A stretch of DNA of 64,000 nucleotides, from positions 4,576,001-4,640,000 of the forward strand of contig CBDCTK010000002.1 of NCBI GenBank assembly GCA_965222225.1. The letters run 5' to 3'. Shown in pieces: positions 54,530 through 64,000 of this stretch. Each line of letters begins with the position of its first letter. Position 1 is the first letter of the stretch. The position numbers were made by a program, and so were the translations under genes. This DNA is from Candidatus Poribacteria bacterium. Its GTDB lineage: Bacteria > Poribacteria > WGA-4E > JAJDTR01. Below the pieces are notes generated by a model. It worked only from the letters and a program-made list of their open reading frames with translations. It did no database searches and had not been told where the DNA came from.

Positions 54530-55471
54530 ATGACAAACGAAGACTTATGGGTTGTATATGAAGGCGGCCGAGGGCCAGGCGAAGGGGTACATATTGTCTG
54601 GGTTAGCGGCGACGAGGAGTATCGCTCCGAGGAGGCGTTACCCGCATTAGCCAAGATTATGGCGGAGCACCACGGATTCAAGTGTACAGTGCTTTTTGCG
54701 GTTGACCCCAATACTGGAGAGATTGACCCTGTAAACCAAACGAATATCCCCGGGATGCATCACCTAGAGACTGCCGATTTGATGGTACTCTTCACACGTT
54801 TCCGTGAACTCCCTGACGAGCAGATGAAGTACATCGTCGATTTCACGAACGCCGGTAAACCCGTTTTGGGTTTGCGAACGGCAACACACGCCTTCAGTTA
54901 CACTCGAAGCCTGAACAGCCCCTACGCCAAATACAGTTGCGACAATGAAGTGTTTTCGGGCGGATATGGTCGTCAGGTGCTGGGCGAAACGTGGATCTCA
55001 CATCATGGACATCACGGAAAAGAGAGTGCGCGCGGTCTAATAAACGATGAAATGATCGGGCACCCCATTCTCAAAGGTGTTAAAGACATCTGGGGGCCAA
55101 CCGATGTATACGCCATCACAGAACTAACAGGTGACGCTCAAGTCCTGGTTCACGGTCAGGTTCTCTCCGGCATGAAGCCGACGGACGAGCGCAAACCGGA
55201 TACGCCGACCATGCCGTTGGCGTGGATTAAGAGCTATGTCGGAGAGAAGTCGAACTCATCGCGGGTATTCTGTACCACGATGGGCGCGTCCGTTGATCTT
55301 GAAAGCGAGGGGTTACGACGGCTGTTAGCGAATGCCTGCTATTGGTGTGCCGGGTTGGAAAAATTAATTTCCGACGCCAGTGTCGTGGACTTTGTTGGGC
55401 CTTTTCAGCCGACCTTTTTCGGATTCGGAGATTTTAAGAAGGGTGTACGACCATCAGATTTAAGACTATGA
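54530..55471 (+). CDS. ThuA-like domain protein
   Basis: SGDEEYRSEE, GLRTATHAF, HHG, RVFCTTMG. Confidence 0.85.
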   Translation: MTNEDLWVVYEGGRGPGEGVHIVWVSGDEEYRSEEALPALAKIMAEHHGFKCTVLFAVDPNTGEIDPVNQTNIPGMHHLETADLMVLFTRFRELPDEQMKYIVDFTNAGKPVLGLRTATHAFSYTRSLNSPYAKYSCDNEVFSGGYGRQVLGETWISHHGHHGKESARGLINDEMIGHPILKGVKDIWGPTDVYAITELTGDAQVLVHGQVLSGMKPTDERKPDTPTMPLAWIKSYVGEKSNSSRVFCTTMGASVDLESEGLRRLLANACYWCAGLEKLISDASVVDFVGPFQPTFFGFGDFKKGVRPSDLRL

Positions 55472-55549
55472 AGGGAGCTGACAAGCTTGTTATCGGTTAT
55501 TTCCATTCGGAGCGAACCGTGTGCAAGCCATGTACAGAGAATCGAACTT

Positions 55550-56572
55550 ATGAAGCAAGCCGCACTTCTTGGAGAACGTCAAGCCGGACTCATTGATGTT
55601 CCAGATTTAGAGCCTAAGGAAGACTGGGCAGTCGTCAAAATCCACGCTGCTCCGATGTGCACGGAATACCATACCTTTGTCTCCGGACACAGGTCTAATG
55701 CGCTTGGACACGAGGCAGCAGGGGAGGTTGTTGCGATTGCCCAACCGGGGAAAGTTAAAGTCGGGGATCGAGTGGTAGTGCAGCCTCAGTACCCGTGTGG
55801 AAAATGCCATTTGTGCGTGTCGGGCGATTATATTCACTGCGAGGATGGTTATAACTTCGAGGAGTTTACGGGTAGAAGGGACGGAGCAGCGACGATGGCG
55901 CAGTATACCCTCAAGCCGTCTTGGCTGCTTCCAAAAATCCCGGATGACGTTTCGTACGAACATGCCTCATTGGCTTGTTGCGCGTTGGGGCCATCATTCA
56001 ATGCGTTTGAAAAGATGGGGGTCAACTCCTTTGACACCGTCTTGATTACAGGCATTGGGCCCGTTGGATTCGGTGCAATCACGAATGCGAGGTACCGAGG
56101 CGCTCGCGTTATCGCTGTGGAGTCTATCCCTTGGCGCGTTGAACACGCAAAAAAAATGGGTGCGATTGCGGTGATTGATCCAACCGCCGAGGATGCCGTC
56201 CAAAAGATTCGAGATTTGACAACGGGTGGACGCGGGGTTGACTGCGCTCTGGATTGCTCCGGAAATCCGCAGGCGCACCGCCTCTGCATTGACGCAACCC
56301 GACGCCGCGGGCAGGTTTCATTCGTAGGCCAAAGCGGCGGCAGAGAAACCGCGCTTAACATTAGCCCTGACATGATTGGCAAGGGTTTATCTCTCCACGG
56401 CGCGTGGCATTATAATTTATCGCTGTTCCCAAGGTTAGTTAACGTCATTCAGAATTCTGACCTGCTCGATCTTCTCATCAGCCATGTATTCCCCATGAGC
56501 GAGATTCAGAAAGCATTCGAAACATCCTCGTCACAAGAAAGCGCGAAAATCATCCTTAAACCGTGGGAATAA
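55550..56572 (+). CDS. Zinc-dependent alcohol/sugar dehydrogenase (MDR)
   Basis: GHEAAG, CGKCHLC..G...HC, GIGPVG. Confidence 0.92.
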   Translation: MKQAALLGERQAGLIDVPDLEPKEDWAVVKIHAAPMCTEYHTFVSGHRSNALGHEAAGEVVAIAQPGKVKVGDRVVVQPQYPCGKCHLCVSGDYIHCEDGYNFEEFTGRRDGAATMAQYTLKPSWLLPKIPDDVSYEHASLACCALGPSFNAFEKMGVNSFDTVLITGIGPVGFGAITNARYRGARVIAVESIPWRVEHAKKMGAIAVIDPTAEDAVQKIRDLTTGGRGVDCALDCSGNPQAHRLCIDATRRRGQVSFVGQSGGRETALNISPDMIGKGLSLHGAWHYNLSLFPRLVNVIQNSDLLDLLISHVFPMSEIQKAFETSSSQESAKIILKPWE

Positions 56573-56745
56573 CTCCCACGATTGTCTGAGTAATCCCACA
56601 GTTTAGCTTTATATTCTCATTAAGCAAGCTTCAATAATAAATCTTACATTTTGACAAACACAATGGCGTCTAGGAGGGCTGACCGCTCCTGCTGGATTGA
56701 CAAATCCAGCAGGGTCTAATCTAACCACTTTGCTTCCGTTCTTTC

Positions 56746-56857
56746 GCTCCAGAGGAGCGGTATGTCAATAGAAAACCGATGACTCCAATCTTCTGCTCCA
56801 GAGGATCGAACGAGTGGATAACGAGTGCGATAGAGCTCTTGCAGCATGTTTGTAAAA
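56746..56857 (+). repeat. Paired GCTCCAGAGGAGC repeat; second copy interrupted by hypervariable unit I (56804..56840)
   Basis: GCTCCAGAGGA|GCGGTATGT versus GCTCCAGAGGA[TCGAACGAGTGGATAACGAGTGCGATAGAGCTCTT]GCAGCATGT. Confidence 0.9.
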
Positions 56858-56957
56858 TCGATATAGCCTGCATTTTCCCTAGTCAATGCGGAAGCTAAAC
56901 TTTTCTATTGAATCTTGCTTAAAGGAATACCCCTTACCCGCCAAGATACAGATAACC

Positions 56958-58079
56958 ATGAACATAGATACGCATTGTGGCAGTGACGACGATACAAGCC
57001 CAGGCGCTACACCCGACTTGCTTCGCCCTGAAGTGCTTGATGCCTTTGACCGGGAGACTTTCGAGCGCGATGGGTATTGGGTATGGGGAGGAGTAGTCAC
57101 CGATGCCGGCTGCAAACAGTGGACAGCTAATCTAAAGAAACTGCAACAGATGAACGATGGCATTCTCAGGGATACCGATTGGGCTGCCATTGACTTCAAA
57201 GGACGCGGGCTGTCACCGCCTCCGCCAGAACAGATTACGCCTCAATTCTTGGCATCATGCTGCTGCGGATCGGAACAAATGCCACCTTTTCTAAGGTCTG
57301 AAACGCGCCTGTATATGTACCAATACGGGCTGCTTGGTCCTGGAGCCGCACTGGTCGCACGCGGATTCGACTCGATTGGCGTCATGCCGGAATATTTTCC
57401 GGTTGGGTACAATGACTTTGTCCTAGCTGTCACCACTACGCATCCGCAGATGATGGATCTGTTTCGCAAAGTGCTCGGAAATCGCTTTCTGCTCGACCAT
57501 TGCCTCATGCTCAACCGAGGTCCCGGCACAAAGGGTCGTCGTTGGCATGGCCACCCGTATTGGGAGGGGCAGCATGAAGTTCAAGATGCCATAGGCGACG
57601 ACAGCGCGGTTACGCCCGAGTTTCTACAGCGGCAATGTATCCGAACTCTCTGTTACCCGGAGGGTGCTACTACCGATGACGGTGGCGAATTCGCCGTTAT
57701 TCCGGGCGCTCATCTCTATCGCGTTCCATATAAATGGAATACCGAGCGACCGGATGAAGATGACGACATGCGATCTGGCTGGTTGAAGGGAAAGACGCAC
57801 CCCATAACAGGCGAGCCGTTGAAAATTGTGCACCTGTCCCTACCGCCGGGGAGCATGGTTTCCTTTGTCCATCACATGCCGCACTATGTCGGCAGACGAA
57901 AACCCGGCAGTGAGATGCGATGGGGTTTGTTGATGGCATTCCGCACTCCTGATCCCGAGGCAGCTCCCGCCAAGTGGTCCAACGGTGTTCCGCCGCATTG
58001 GGCTGATCGCCTAGAGGCAGAAGGAAAACTTTCTGCCGGCGCGCACCGTGTGTTTGAGGCGGACAATCCTATAGTCTGA
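56958..58079 (+). CDS. PhyH-like dioxygenase (divergent)
   Basis: FERDGYW, RWHGH, IPGAH, PGSMV.F.HH.PH. Confidence 0.75.
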   Translation: MNIDTHCGSDDDTSPGATPDLLRPEVLDAFDRETFERDGYWVWGGVVTDAGCKQWTANLKKLQQMNDGILRDTDWAAIDFKGRGLSPPPPEQITPQFLASCCCGSEQMPPFLRSETRLYMYQYGLLGPGAALVARGFDSIGVMPEYFPVGYNDFVLAVTTTHPQMMDLFRKVLGNRFLLDHCLMLNRGPGTKGRRWHGHPYWEGQHEVQDAIGDDSAVTPEFLQRQCIRTLCYPEGATTDDGGEFAVIPGAHLYRVPYKWNTERPDEDDDMRSGWLKGKTHPITGEPLKIVHLSLPPGSMVSFVHHMPHYVGRRKPGSEMRWGLLMAFRTPDPEAAPAKWSNGVPPHWADRLEAEGKLSAGAHRVFEADNPIV

Positions 58080-58174
58080 AGATTCCTCTCAATCTTGCTT
58101 ATACTGTATAATTCACTTTATCAAAAGTAAGTTGGTTTTTCGATTCACTATCAATCTCGGAACAGGAGAATCTA

Positions 58175-58747
58175 ATGCGCAGGAAAGAGATGTTGTATGC
58201 GGTGATAGGCGGTATCGTCGGAACAGTTCTAACAATGGCGGCGGGGGCATTGGCTCCGCTGGTAGCGCAAGACGAACCGGTAGACCTGAACGCGAGGAAG
58301 ATTACCTGCAGGGAGTTGGACGTGGTTGATGCGAAAGGAAATCTCCATGCGGGGTTGAACTTCTCCGAATTCGGAGGGAGTGTGTTCGTGGTGGGAAAAG
58401 CAGGCAAAGGGGCGGAGATGCACCTCACCGAATTCGGAGGGGCGGTGTTCGTGTGGGGCAAAGAGGCCAAAGGGGGGGCGGCGATGCACCTTGACGAATT
58501 CGGAGGGAAGGTGTACGTGGAGGGCAGAGGGTTCAAAGAGGCGGCGATGAGCATCGACGAACACGGCGGGAGGGTGTCCGTGGAGGGCAAAGAGGGCAAC
58601 GAGCTCAAAAGGGCGGCGATGAGCATCAATGGAGATGGAGGGGCGGTGGACGTGTGGGGCAAAGGGGCGGGGGCGAGGATGAGCGTCAATAAGTCCGGAA
58701 ACGGCGGTTTTTCCTCTTGGGACAAGAACGGCCATCGTTTGGAGTGA
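58175..58747 (+). CDS. Exported protein with ~20-aa internal repeats
   Basis: N-terminal hydrophobic segment; repeats (E/D)(F/H/D)GGxVxVxGK; AGGAG RBS. Confidence 0.75.
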   Translation: MRRKEMLYAVIGGIVGTVLTMAAGALAPLVAQDEPVDLNARKITCRELDVVDAKGNLHAGLNFSEFGGSVFVVGKAGKGAEMHLTEFGGAVFVWGKEAKGGAAMHLDEFGGKVYVEGRGFKEAAMSIDEHGGRVSVEGKEGNELKRAAMSINGDGGAVDVWGKGAGARMSVNKSGNGGFSSWDKNGHRLE

Positions 58748-59190
58748 GGCGGATTACATCATGAATGAATTGGCAATCAGGCAGGACAACGCACTGGCTA
58801 TCAGCCGCGACGCAGCGGAATTGATTAAAACCGGCGTGTCGGAGAACACCCTGATAGCGTAGAGCGTATTGTTGGGGCTGAACGCATGGCTGGACACCGA
58901 TCTGAATGATGCCGTGCTTGCCAATACATCACGCAACTCCACCAGTCGGGCAAAGCACCCGGCACAATCGCCCAAGTCGTGGCGGCAGTCAAGTGGCAAG
59001 CCAAGGACATGAATTGACTGGATGTGGTCGGCACAATCACACAGCGAACACTGGCGGGGTTTAGGGATTCTGCTATGATCAATCTGGTGAGCGATCGCCT
59101 GTTGCGTATTTCGGAGGTCGTCGCGGTCAATGTCGGCGATGTCAGAGGGAGCGTGCTCCATGTGACATCGAGTAACACCAATCAGGAGGT

Positions 59191-59260
59191 ATCAAGGGAG
59201 CGAACAGCAACCGATCAAGCGAACGAACAGTGATTGCGATAGAGTTCCCATAGAGATCCC
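59191..59260 (+). repeat. Hypervariable unit J (abortive start, full unit, extra tail)
   Basis: ATCAA GG GA GC G AAC A GC AA CC / GATCAA GC GA AC G AAC A GT GA TT GCGATAG AGTT CCC / ATAG AGAT CCC. Confidence 0.9.
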
Positions 59261-59340
59261 GAGGCGAGGCGTTGTATATCTGCGAAGCTACCTGACAATT
59301 GATTAAGCGGTGGCCCCGCAAGGCGGGCATAGAACGGGGC

Positions 59341-59432
59341 GATCAAGTGACCGAATAGGATCAACCGACCGGATAGGGAGGGCGATAGCTTATCCCCTGC
59401 GATAGCTTATCCCCTGCGATAGCTTATCCCCT
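59341..59432 (+). repeat. Hypervariable unit K with 3 x 17-bp tandem tail
   Basis: GATCAA GT GA CC G AAT A G / GATCAA CC GA CC G GAT A GG GA GG then (GCGATAGCTTATCCCCT)x3. Confidence 0.9.
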
Positions 59433-59736
59433 GTTCCGAAGAGTGCATACCAGCAACACCTGGGCAAAGGGCGACTATTGAACGTCGGGGCGTGGGCGGC
59501 GATGGGTGAATGAATTCGGCAACGGTGCAACGAGCACTTAGGAGAAGAATGGGAATCGGTTGAAATGACAGGGGATTAACCGACCAATAAAAGCAGTGGC
59601 GAGTAAAGGAGTTAATAACTCTTCACGGAAGTCAAAATCTCTTGGGATTGGTGAATGCCCAAGAGTCGACTTCAGCAGCTTTGACTATTTGGCTCCGCTA
59701 TTACAGTATTCTTCACGATTGTTATGGAGATTAAAT

Positions 59737-60528
59737 ATGGCTTTCAAATTCGGTTATAGCACGTTACGTTGGCAGACGCCAGATCTTGAACCGCTTCTCG
59801 TTCAACTGAAGGAGGCGGGTTGGGACGGATGGGAGATGCGTCAATCACTAGACTGGGTGGGAACACCGGGACGTGTCAGAAGGATCTGCGAAAACGTCGG
59901 TCTCCCTGTTGTTGTGGTGACCGCGCAGGGTTTGCCAATCGACAAGGATTGGACACAGATGGAACTCAACAAACGCCGAATTGATTTCGCCGCAGAGGTG
60001 GGTGCCGATTGTTTCATGTTCATCGGTGCGGCCAAGCCGAGAGATGGTAACGCCAGTTACGATCATATTGCCGCGTTGGCGGATGTATCGGAGGAGTGGG
60101 CGGAATACGCCGCGCAATACGAACTGGAAGTGTGCTACCACATCCATACCAACACGACAGTTGATTCAATTGAAGACTGGGCGAAATATATGAGTCTGCT
60201 GAGAAAGTGCAAGTTGTGTATTGATGTCTCGCATTCCGCGCTCTGGGGCTATAACCCAGTAGAGTCGATACGCCGCTACAAGGAGCAGTTGATTTACGTC
60301 CATCTTCAGGATTATGTGAACTTCTCGGGTGGAAATGGAAGAGATTATCAGGTGAATTGGGTGGACATCGGTGGCGGCTCGTCGCTTGACTTCCCGCAGA
60401 TAATGGAAACATTGAAAAGCATCGGTTATAACTGCTGGATCACGGCGTGTCCCGGGGAGGTAGAAAACCGAACCGATGAGGAGCGGATGCAAGTGAATCG
60501 AAATTACCTGAGACAGCTAGGCTACTAG
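59737..60528 (+). CDS. Sugar phosphate isomerase/epimerase (AP endonuclease 2 TIM barrel)
   Basis: AGWDGWE, CYHIH, CIDVSH, YVHLQD; GGAG RBS. Confidence 0.85.
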   Translation: MAFKFGYSTLRWQTPDLEPLLVQLKEAGWDGWEMRQSLDWVGTPGRVRRICENVGLPVVVVTAQGLPIDKDWTQMELNKRRIDFAAEVGADCFMFIGAAKPRDGNASYDHIAALADVSEEWAEYAAQYELEVCYHIHTNTTVDSIEDWAKYMSLLRKCKLCIDVSHSALWGYNPVESIRRYKEQLIYVHLQDYVNFSGGNGRDYQVNWVDIGGGSSLDFPQIMETLKSIGYNCWITACPGEVENRTDEERMQVNRNYLRQLGY

Positions 60529-60621
60529 CGACGATTCAAGGCAGTGTTCGTCTCAACGAATAATCTCAATCTTGGCTAGCGGGATAAATTATTGATAGAT
60601 TCGTTATCTTTCGTGCCCCCA

Positions 60622-60686
60622 GTAGGAGCGATTTCCGAATCGCGACTGCGATTCCTGACAGGTCGCGATTCGGAAATCGCTCCTAC
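60622..60686. repeat. REP doublet, perfect 25-bp inverted repeat
   Basis: GTAGGAGCGATTTCCGAATCGCGAC ... GTCGCGATTCGGAAATCGCTCCTAC between convergent genes. Confidence 0.9.
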
Positions 60687-60777
60687 AATTGTAAGAGAAC
60701 ACCATGAATCTATCCATAAGTTAACACTCTCCAATTTTTTACTACATTGTTACTTGCCGTATTGAACAGCCACCTTC

Positions 60778-61620
60778 TCACCCACGAGCGGGTTCGGACA
60801 TCGTTTTCTTCAATTCTCTGGTTAATTCGGCAAGATGCGTGTCGTTCTCCATGACCTGCTGTAGGTGCACCATTCGCTCAGGGCCCGCCGTTCTTACCAT
60901 GGTTTCGCCGTGTATACGGTCAATCCAGAATCTGGCTTCGCCTCCAAGCCGGTTTCGCAGTTCGCCGAGTCGTTCTTCAGGGTAGCGGCAGCAGAAGTTC
61001 ATCGTATACATCCGGCGCCGTCCGGAACCGCCGAAGGCGGCATGCTTAAGGCTGTGGTTGAAAACCACAATGTCGCCGGGTGTTGTCTCTAGCGCAACGG
61101 CGGGCACCTCCCACCCGCTCAATCCCCAGATCGTTCCACTATCGCGGATGTCTCGCTCAATGGTATCGGCGTACTCATTGCCAACACGGTGACTGCCCGG
61201 AATGACGCGCAAGGCGCCCGTGTCACGCGTGAGAGGGTCAAGGTAGAAAGCTATCTTGATGCTCATTAGTCGATTCCCCTCGTAGCCGTCCGAGTGCCAG
61301 TTGCTGTCGCCGGCGTAAAAGTTGCCGTCACCGCTCGTATAGTTAAAGTCCTCGCCGCAGATGCTGGCGGCGATGTCATGGATTCGTGGATCGTCCAAGA
61401 AGGAGCTTAGGTATTCGCTCAGATCGGGAAACGGAAAGATACACGACCGCATTACTCCGTCATGGGGCTTGCCAGCGTGCCCGCCCTTGTGTGCTTTCCA
61501 GATAGCTTCAAATTCCTCGATTATTTTGTCGACGCAGTCAGACAGCAGACCGGGAAAATTCAGATACCCGAATGTGTCAAAAGCCGCTAATTGCTGGCGG
61601 TTGAGTTGTGTTGAATTCAT
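60778..61620 (-). CDS. PhyH family dioxygenase
   Basis: NWHSD, LRVIPGSH, PGDIVVFNHSLKHA. Confidence 0.9.
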   Translation of the reverse strand: MNSTQLNRQQLAAFDTFGYLNFPGLLSDCVDKIIEEFEAIWKAHKGGHAGKPHDGVMRSCIFPFPDLSEYLSSFLDDPRIHDIAASICGEDFNYTSGDGNFYAGDSNWHSDGYEGNRLMSIKIAFYLDPLTRDTGALRVIPGSHRVGNEYADTIERDIRDSGTIWGLSGWEVPAVALETTPGDIVVFNHSLKHAAFGGSGRRRMYTMNFCCRYPEERLGELRNRLGGEARFWIDRIHGETMVRTAGPERMVHLQQVMENDTHLAELTRELKKTMSEPARG

Positions 61621-61665
61621 GGGTATTCCTCACAATTTTGGGACAGTGCAAGAGCGGGTTCTATC

Positions 61666-61730
61666 GATCAAGTGAGCGGATAGCGAATGCGATAGAGTTC
61701 CCGTAGAGATCTCAGTGCGATAGGAATCTT
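61666..61730 (+). repeat. Hypervariable unit L with two extra diversified tails
   Basis: GATCAA GT GA GC G GAT A GC GA AT GCGATAG AGTT CCC / GTAG AGAT CTC / A GT GCGATAG GAAT CTT. Confidence 0.9.
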
Positions 61731-61737
61731 TGCTACG

Positions 61738-61791
61738 GTAGGAGCGATCTCCAGGTCGCGACTTCTTATTGCGAGCGGAACTCGCTCCTAC
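61738..61791. repeat. REP doublet related to 60622..60686
   Basis: GTAGGAGCGATCTCCAGGTCGCGAC ... CTCGCTCCTAC. Confidence 0.8.
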
Positions 61792-61961
61792 AGAAGACGC
61801 GCAATAAATTGCGCTACTACAAACCTAACAGCGTAAGTCCCGAATGTATAATTCTTAGTTGCAATGACTATAGCGAACGGGAACGCGATAGTGAATTCTT
61901 CTCCTTACTCAGTCGCTTAATCCTGCAATCAGACATGGATTCCACAATGTTATTCTTGCCG

Positions 61962-62801
61962 TTATTGGGAGTCGGGCGGGATTCCGCACAACCGTCTCAT
62001 GCGGTTATCCATTGAACGCACCTGATCGGAGTGAAAAGCGCTGCTTCTATCTTCAATCGATTCGCCATCTTCACATCGTACGAAGTGGGCAAACATTACC
62101 CTTCGCGGCACGTCGAGGACATTCTCGGAGCGATCGTGCACCATAAACGCGTGAAAAAACACCGCGCTACCCGCGGGAACCCCCATCGCTTTTCGTTCCT
62201 GCAGACCGTCCATCTCTTTGAATTCCTGTGCCACAGCCCGCCCGTGGAGTGCGGGATCTTCGAGACACTTCTGGACAAAATGATGGCTGCCGGGACGTAA
62301 TATGAAGGCGCCCCCGCTAGGTTCGACGGTGCTGAAGTGTAGCACACAGTTGACGTATTTCTCATCCCCGGGTTCGGGGGGAGTGTGCGGCCAATCCACA
62401 TGATCGCTGGTTCCAAACTGCTCTGCCCCCGGCGGGCTCTTGTACGTGACCACCGGACATGAGGTGTGGCAGATTCGTAGCGGACCGCCCAACAACATCT
62501 CGGCTGCCTCGATCAAGCGCGGATGACCCGCTAGATTGGACAGACGCGGCTCACAGTAATCCCCTCTGAGCGCTTTGCGGCCGTTCAATTCACCTCCGGT
62601 GCCGCATACCAATGGTGGTTGCGCGTCCGGTGGCAACAATTGATCGATTTCGGCAACGGCTTCATTGATTTCCTCCTCCGAGAGAATGTCGTTCACAATG
62701 AAATAGCCGTCAAGTTCAAATTGATAGCGGTCAATTTGGTCGGCTATTGATGTGCCGTGGAATCCGTATGAAAGCGATGCCAACGCGAAGAGATTGTACA
62801 T
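61962..62801 (-). CDS. PhyH family dioxygenase
   Basis: FELDGY, DHVDW, PGSH, AGSAVFFHAFMVH. Confidence 0.88.
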   Translation of the reverse strand: MYNLFALASLSYGFHGTSIADQIDRYQFELDGYFIVNDILSEEEINEAVAEIDQLLPPDAQPPLVCGTGGELNGRKALRGDYCEPRLSNLAGHPRLIEAAEMLLGGPLRICHTSCPVVTYKSPPGAEQFGTSDHVDWPHTPPEPGDEKYVNCVLHFSTVEPSGGAFILRPGSHHFVQKCLEDPALHGRAVAQEFKEMDGLQERKAMGVPAGSAVFFHAFMVHDRSENVLDVPRRVMFAHFVRCEDGESIEDRSSAFHSDQVRSMDNRMRRLCGIPPDSQ

Positions 62802-62951
62802 TTTCGTCTTTCCCTTTAACGCGTAGAACGTTGATTATAATAGGGACCTGTCATCCATTAAATATTAGTGAGTGATGCGATTCGTCTTGGACAGTTTGCT
62901 GTTCTTGCTTGACCCGAAAAACGATAAAACTTGCCGTTAGGTGAAGTGCCG

Positions 62952-63437
62952 TCAGAGATTCTGTCGTTTTATTATCGTGGAAACAATTTCGGCTGGGGTG
63001 TGCGTTATGTCTACTTCAATGGCATCGTCGGGTTCTTCCAGCGTTGAAAATTGGCTTTCCAATAACGACTCTCCCATGAAGTGCCCTTTCCGGTCATTAA
63101 GTCTTTTCTTAATCTGCTCGAAATCACCCTTGAGATAGACCAAAGACACATCTTCCGCATCCGTCATCAAGTATCTCCGATAGGAGTGCTTGAGAGCGGA
63201 ACATGCGATTATCCCGTTTTTTCTTTCTCGCCGTAGTCGAATAACGAGGTCCCGCAGCGTACTAAGCCACGCTTCTCTGTCGCTGTCCGTCAAAGGGATT
63301 CCCGCCGCCATCTTCTCCTTGTTGGAAGAATCGTGAAAATCATCTCCGTCAAAGAAATCCCACTGCAACTCTTCAGACAACAGGGCGCCTATCGTAGTCT
63401 TTCCGGATCCGGATACTCCCATCAGAACGATTATCAT
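62952..63437 (-). CDS. gntK: Gluconokinase (GntK/IdnK family)
   Basis: MGVSGSGKTT, DGDDFH, PLTDSDR, CSALK, HFM...LESQFSTLEEP. Confidence 0.93.
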   Translation of the reverse strand: MIIVLMGVSGSGKTTIGALLSEELQWDFFDGDDFHDSSNKEKMAAGIPLTDSDREAWLSTLRDLVIRLRRERKNGIIACSALKHSYRRYLMTDAEDVSLVYLKGDFEQIKKRLNDRKGHFMGESLLESQFSTLEEPDDAIEVDITHTPAEIVSTIIKRQNL

Positions 63438-63829
63438 TGACGTTGCGAAAGTTACGTTTTCAAAACGGTTAATTAAGAAATCTCATTAAGAAAATTACGA
63501 TAGACTTGCTGCCAAGTTGATACCCCGCGCAATCTATCAAGAGGCAAAACTTGCATACGAATTCTAGCATAGAAAAACCTCACTCGCAACACAAAAGGTT
63601 ATCCGACCGCTCCATCTATCTACTTGACAAGCTCAGGCGTCCCTAGTATCATGAACCGTTAAAGCTAGGGCACATCCTAGATTTGCGCTTGGTTGTTACT
63701 AGGAAATGCCGCATATTGGATGGCAACGCTGTGTCTTGCTTTCCTTAGGTAAAATCGAGTCACTCTAGCGTATGAATCTTGGCCGATACAAATGGGAAGT
63801 TGAATCATCAATTACATATTTGAAGACTT

Positions 63830-64000
63830 ATGTTTGAAAACACCTGTGCTCACGAAGTAGATATTGACTTCTTTGACCAAAACGGTTATCTGATTGTGCG
63901 CAAAGCGCTTGACGACAAATCCATTGCCGGTCTGATTGAAGCGGGGAATTGCTTGATTAACAGTAACCTGACCGAAAACAGGCAGCGCTTGGGGGAATCG
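63830..64000 (+). CDS. Partial CDS, probable PhyH family dioxygenase N-terminus
   Basis: MFENTCAHEVDIDFFDQNGYLIVRKALDD..., open to the window edge. Confidence 0.65.
   Translation, partial: MFENTCAHEVDIDFFDQNGYLIVRKALDDKSIAGLIEAGNCLINSNLTENRQRLGES

Larger units (their letters stand above)
58761..59455 (+). pseudogene. Tyrosine recombinase/integrase remnant with stops, frameshifts and two repeat-unit insertions
   Basis: SENTLIA*, GKAPGTI, RDSAMINLVSDRLLRISEVVAVNVGD (box I), SSNTNQE[ins]GEALYI, AGIERG[ins]LFRRV. Confidence 0.85.

Overview
Bacterial chromosomal window that looks like Candidatus Poribacteria (inference). The clues are nine PhyH-family dioxygenases, two secreted proteins ending in an AVEPxGKLxTTWGxIK-type motif, and a giant cytochrome c/LRR/cohesin/dockerin/FlgD-Ig protein. 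It contains dut-thyA-folA, an ABC-2 exporter, an RND pump, cspA and sugar-catabolism genes. A defence island follows tRNA-Arg(CCG): ApeA-like HEPN, type III mod, AbiV-like and type III res. There is also an ArsC-family selenoprotein (in-frame UGA, UxxC) that the ORF track truncates, several pseudogenes, and many GTAG-type REP/MITE repeats. The most striking signal is non-coding: a dispersed ~38-nt unit, GATCAA-NN-GA-NN-G-NNN-A-NN-GA-NN-GCGATAG-N4/5-CCC, found at about a dozen places on both strands. It is inserted without terminal repeats or target duplication into REP hairpins and into a dead integrase gene. It has a near-invariant skeleton with hypervariable slots, and some copies are reiterated with each repeat diversified independently. 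This pattern suggests cDNA from a short RNA template made by an adenine-mutagenic (DGR-like), slippage-prone reverse transcriptase. That mechanism is inference; no RT gene or unmutated template is visible in this window.
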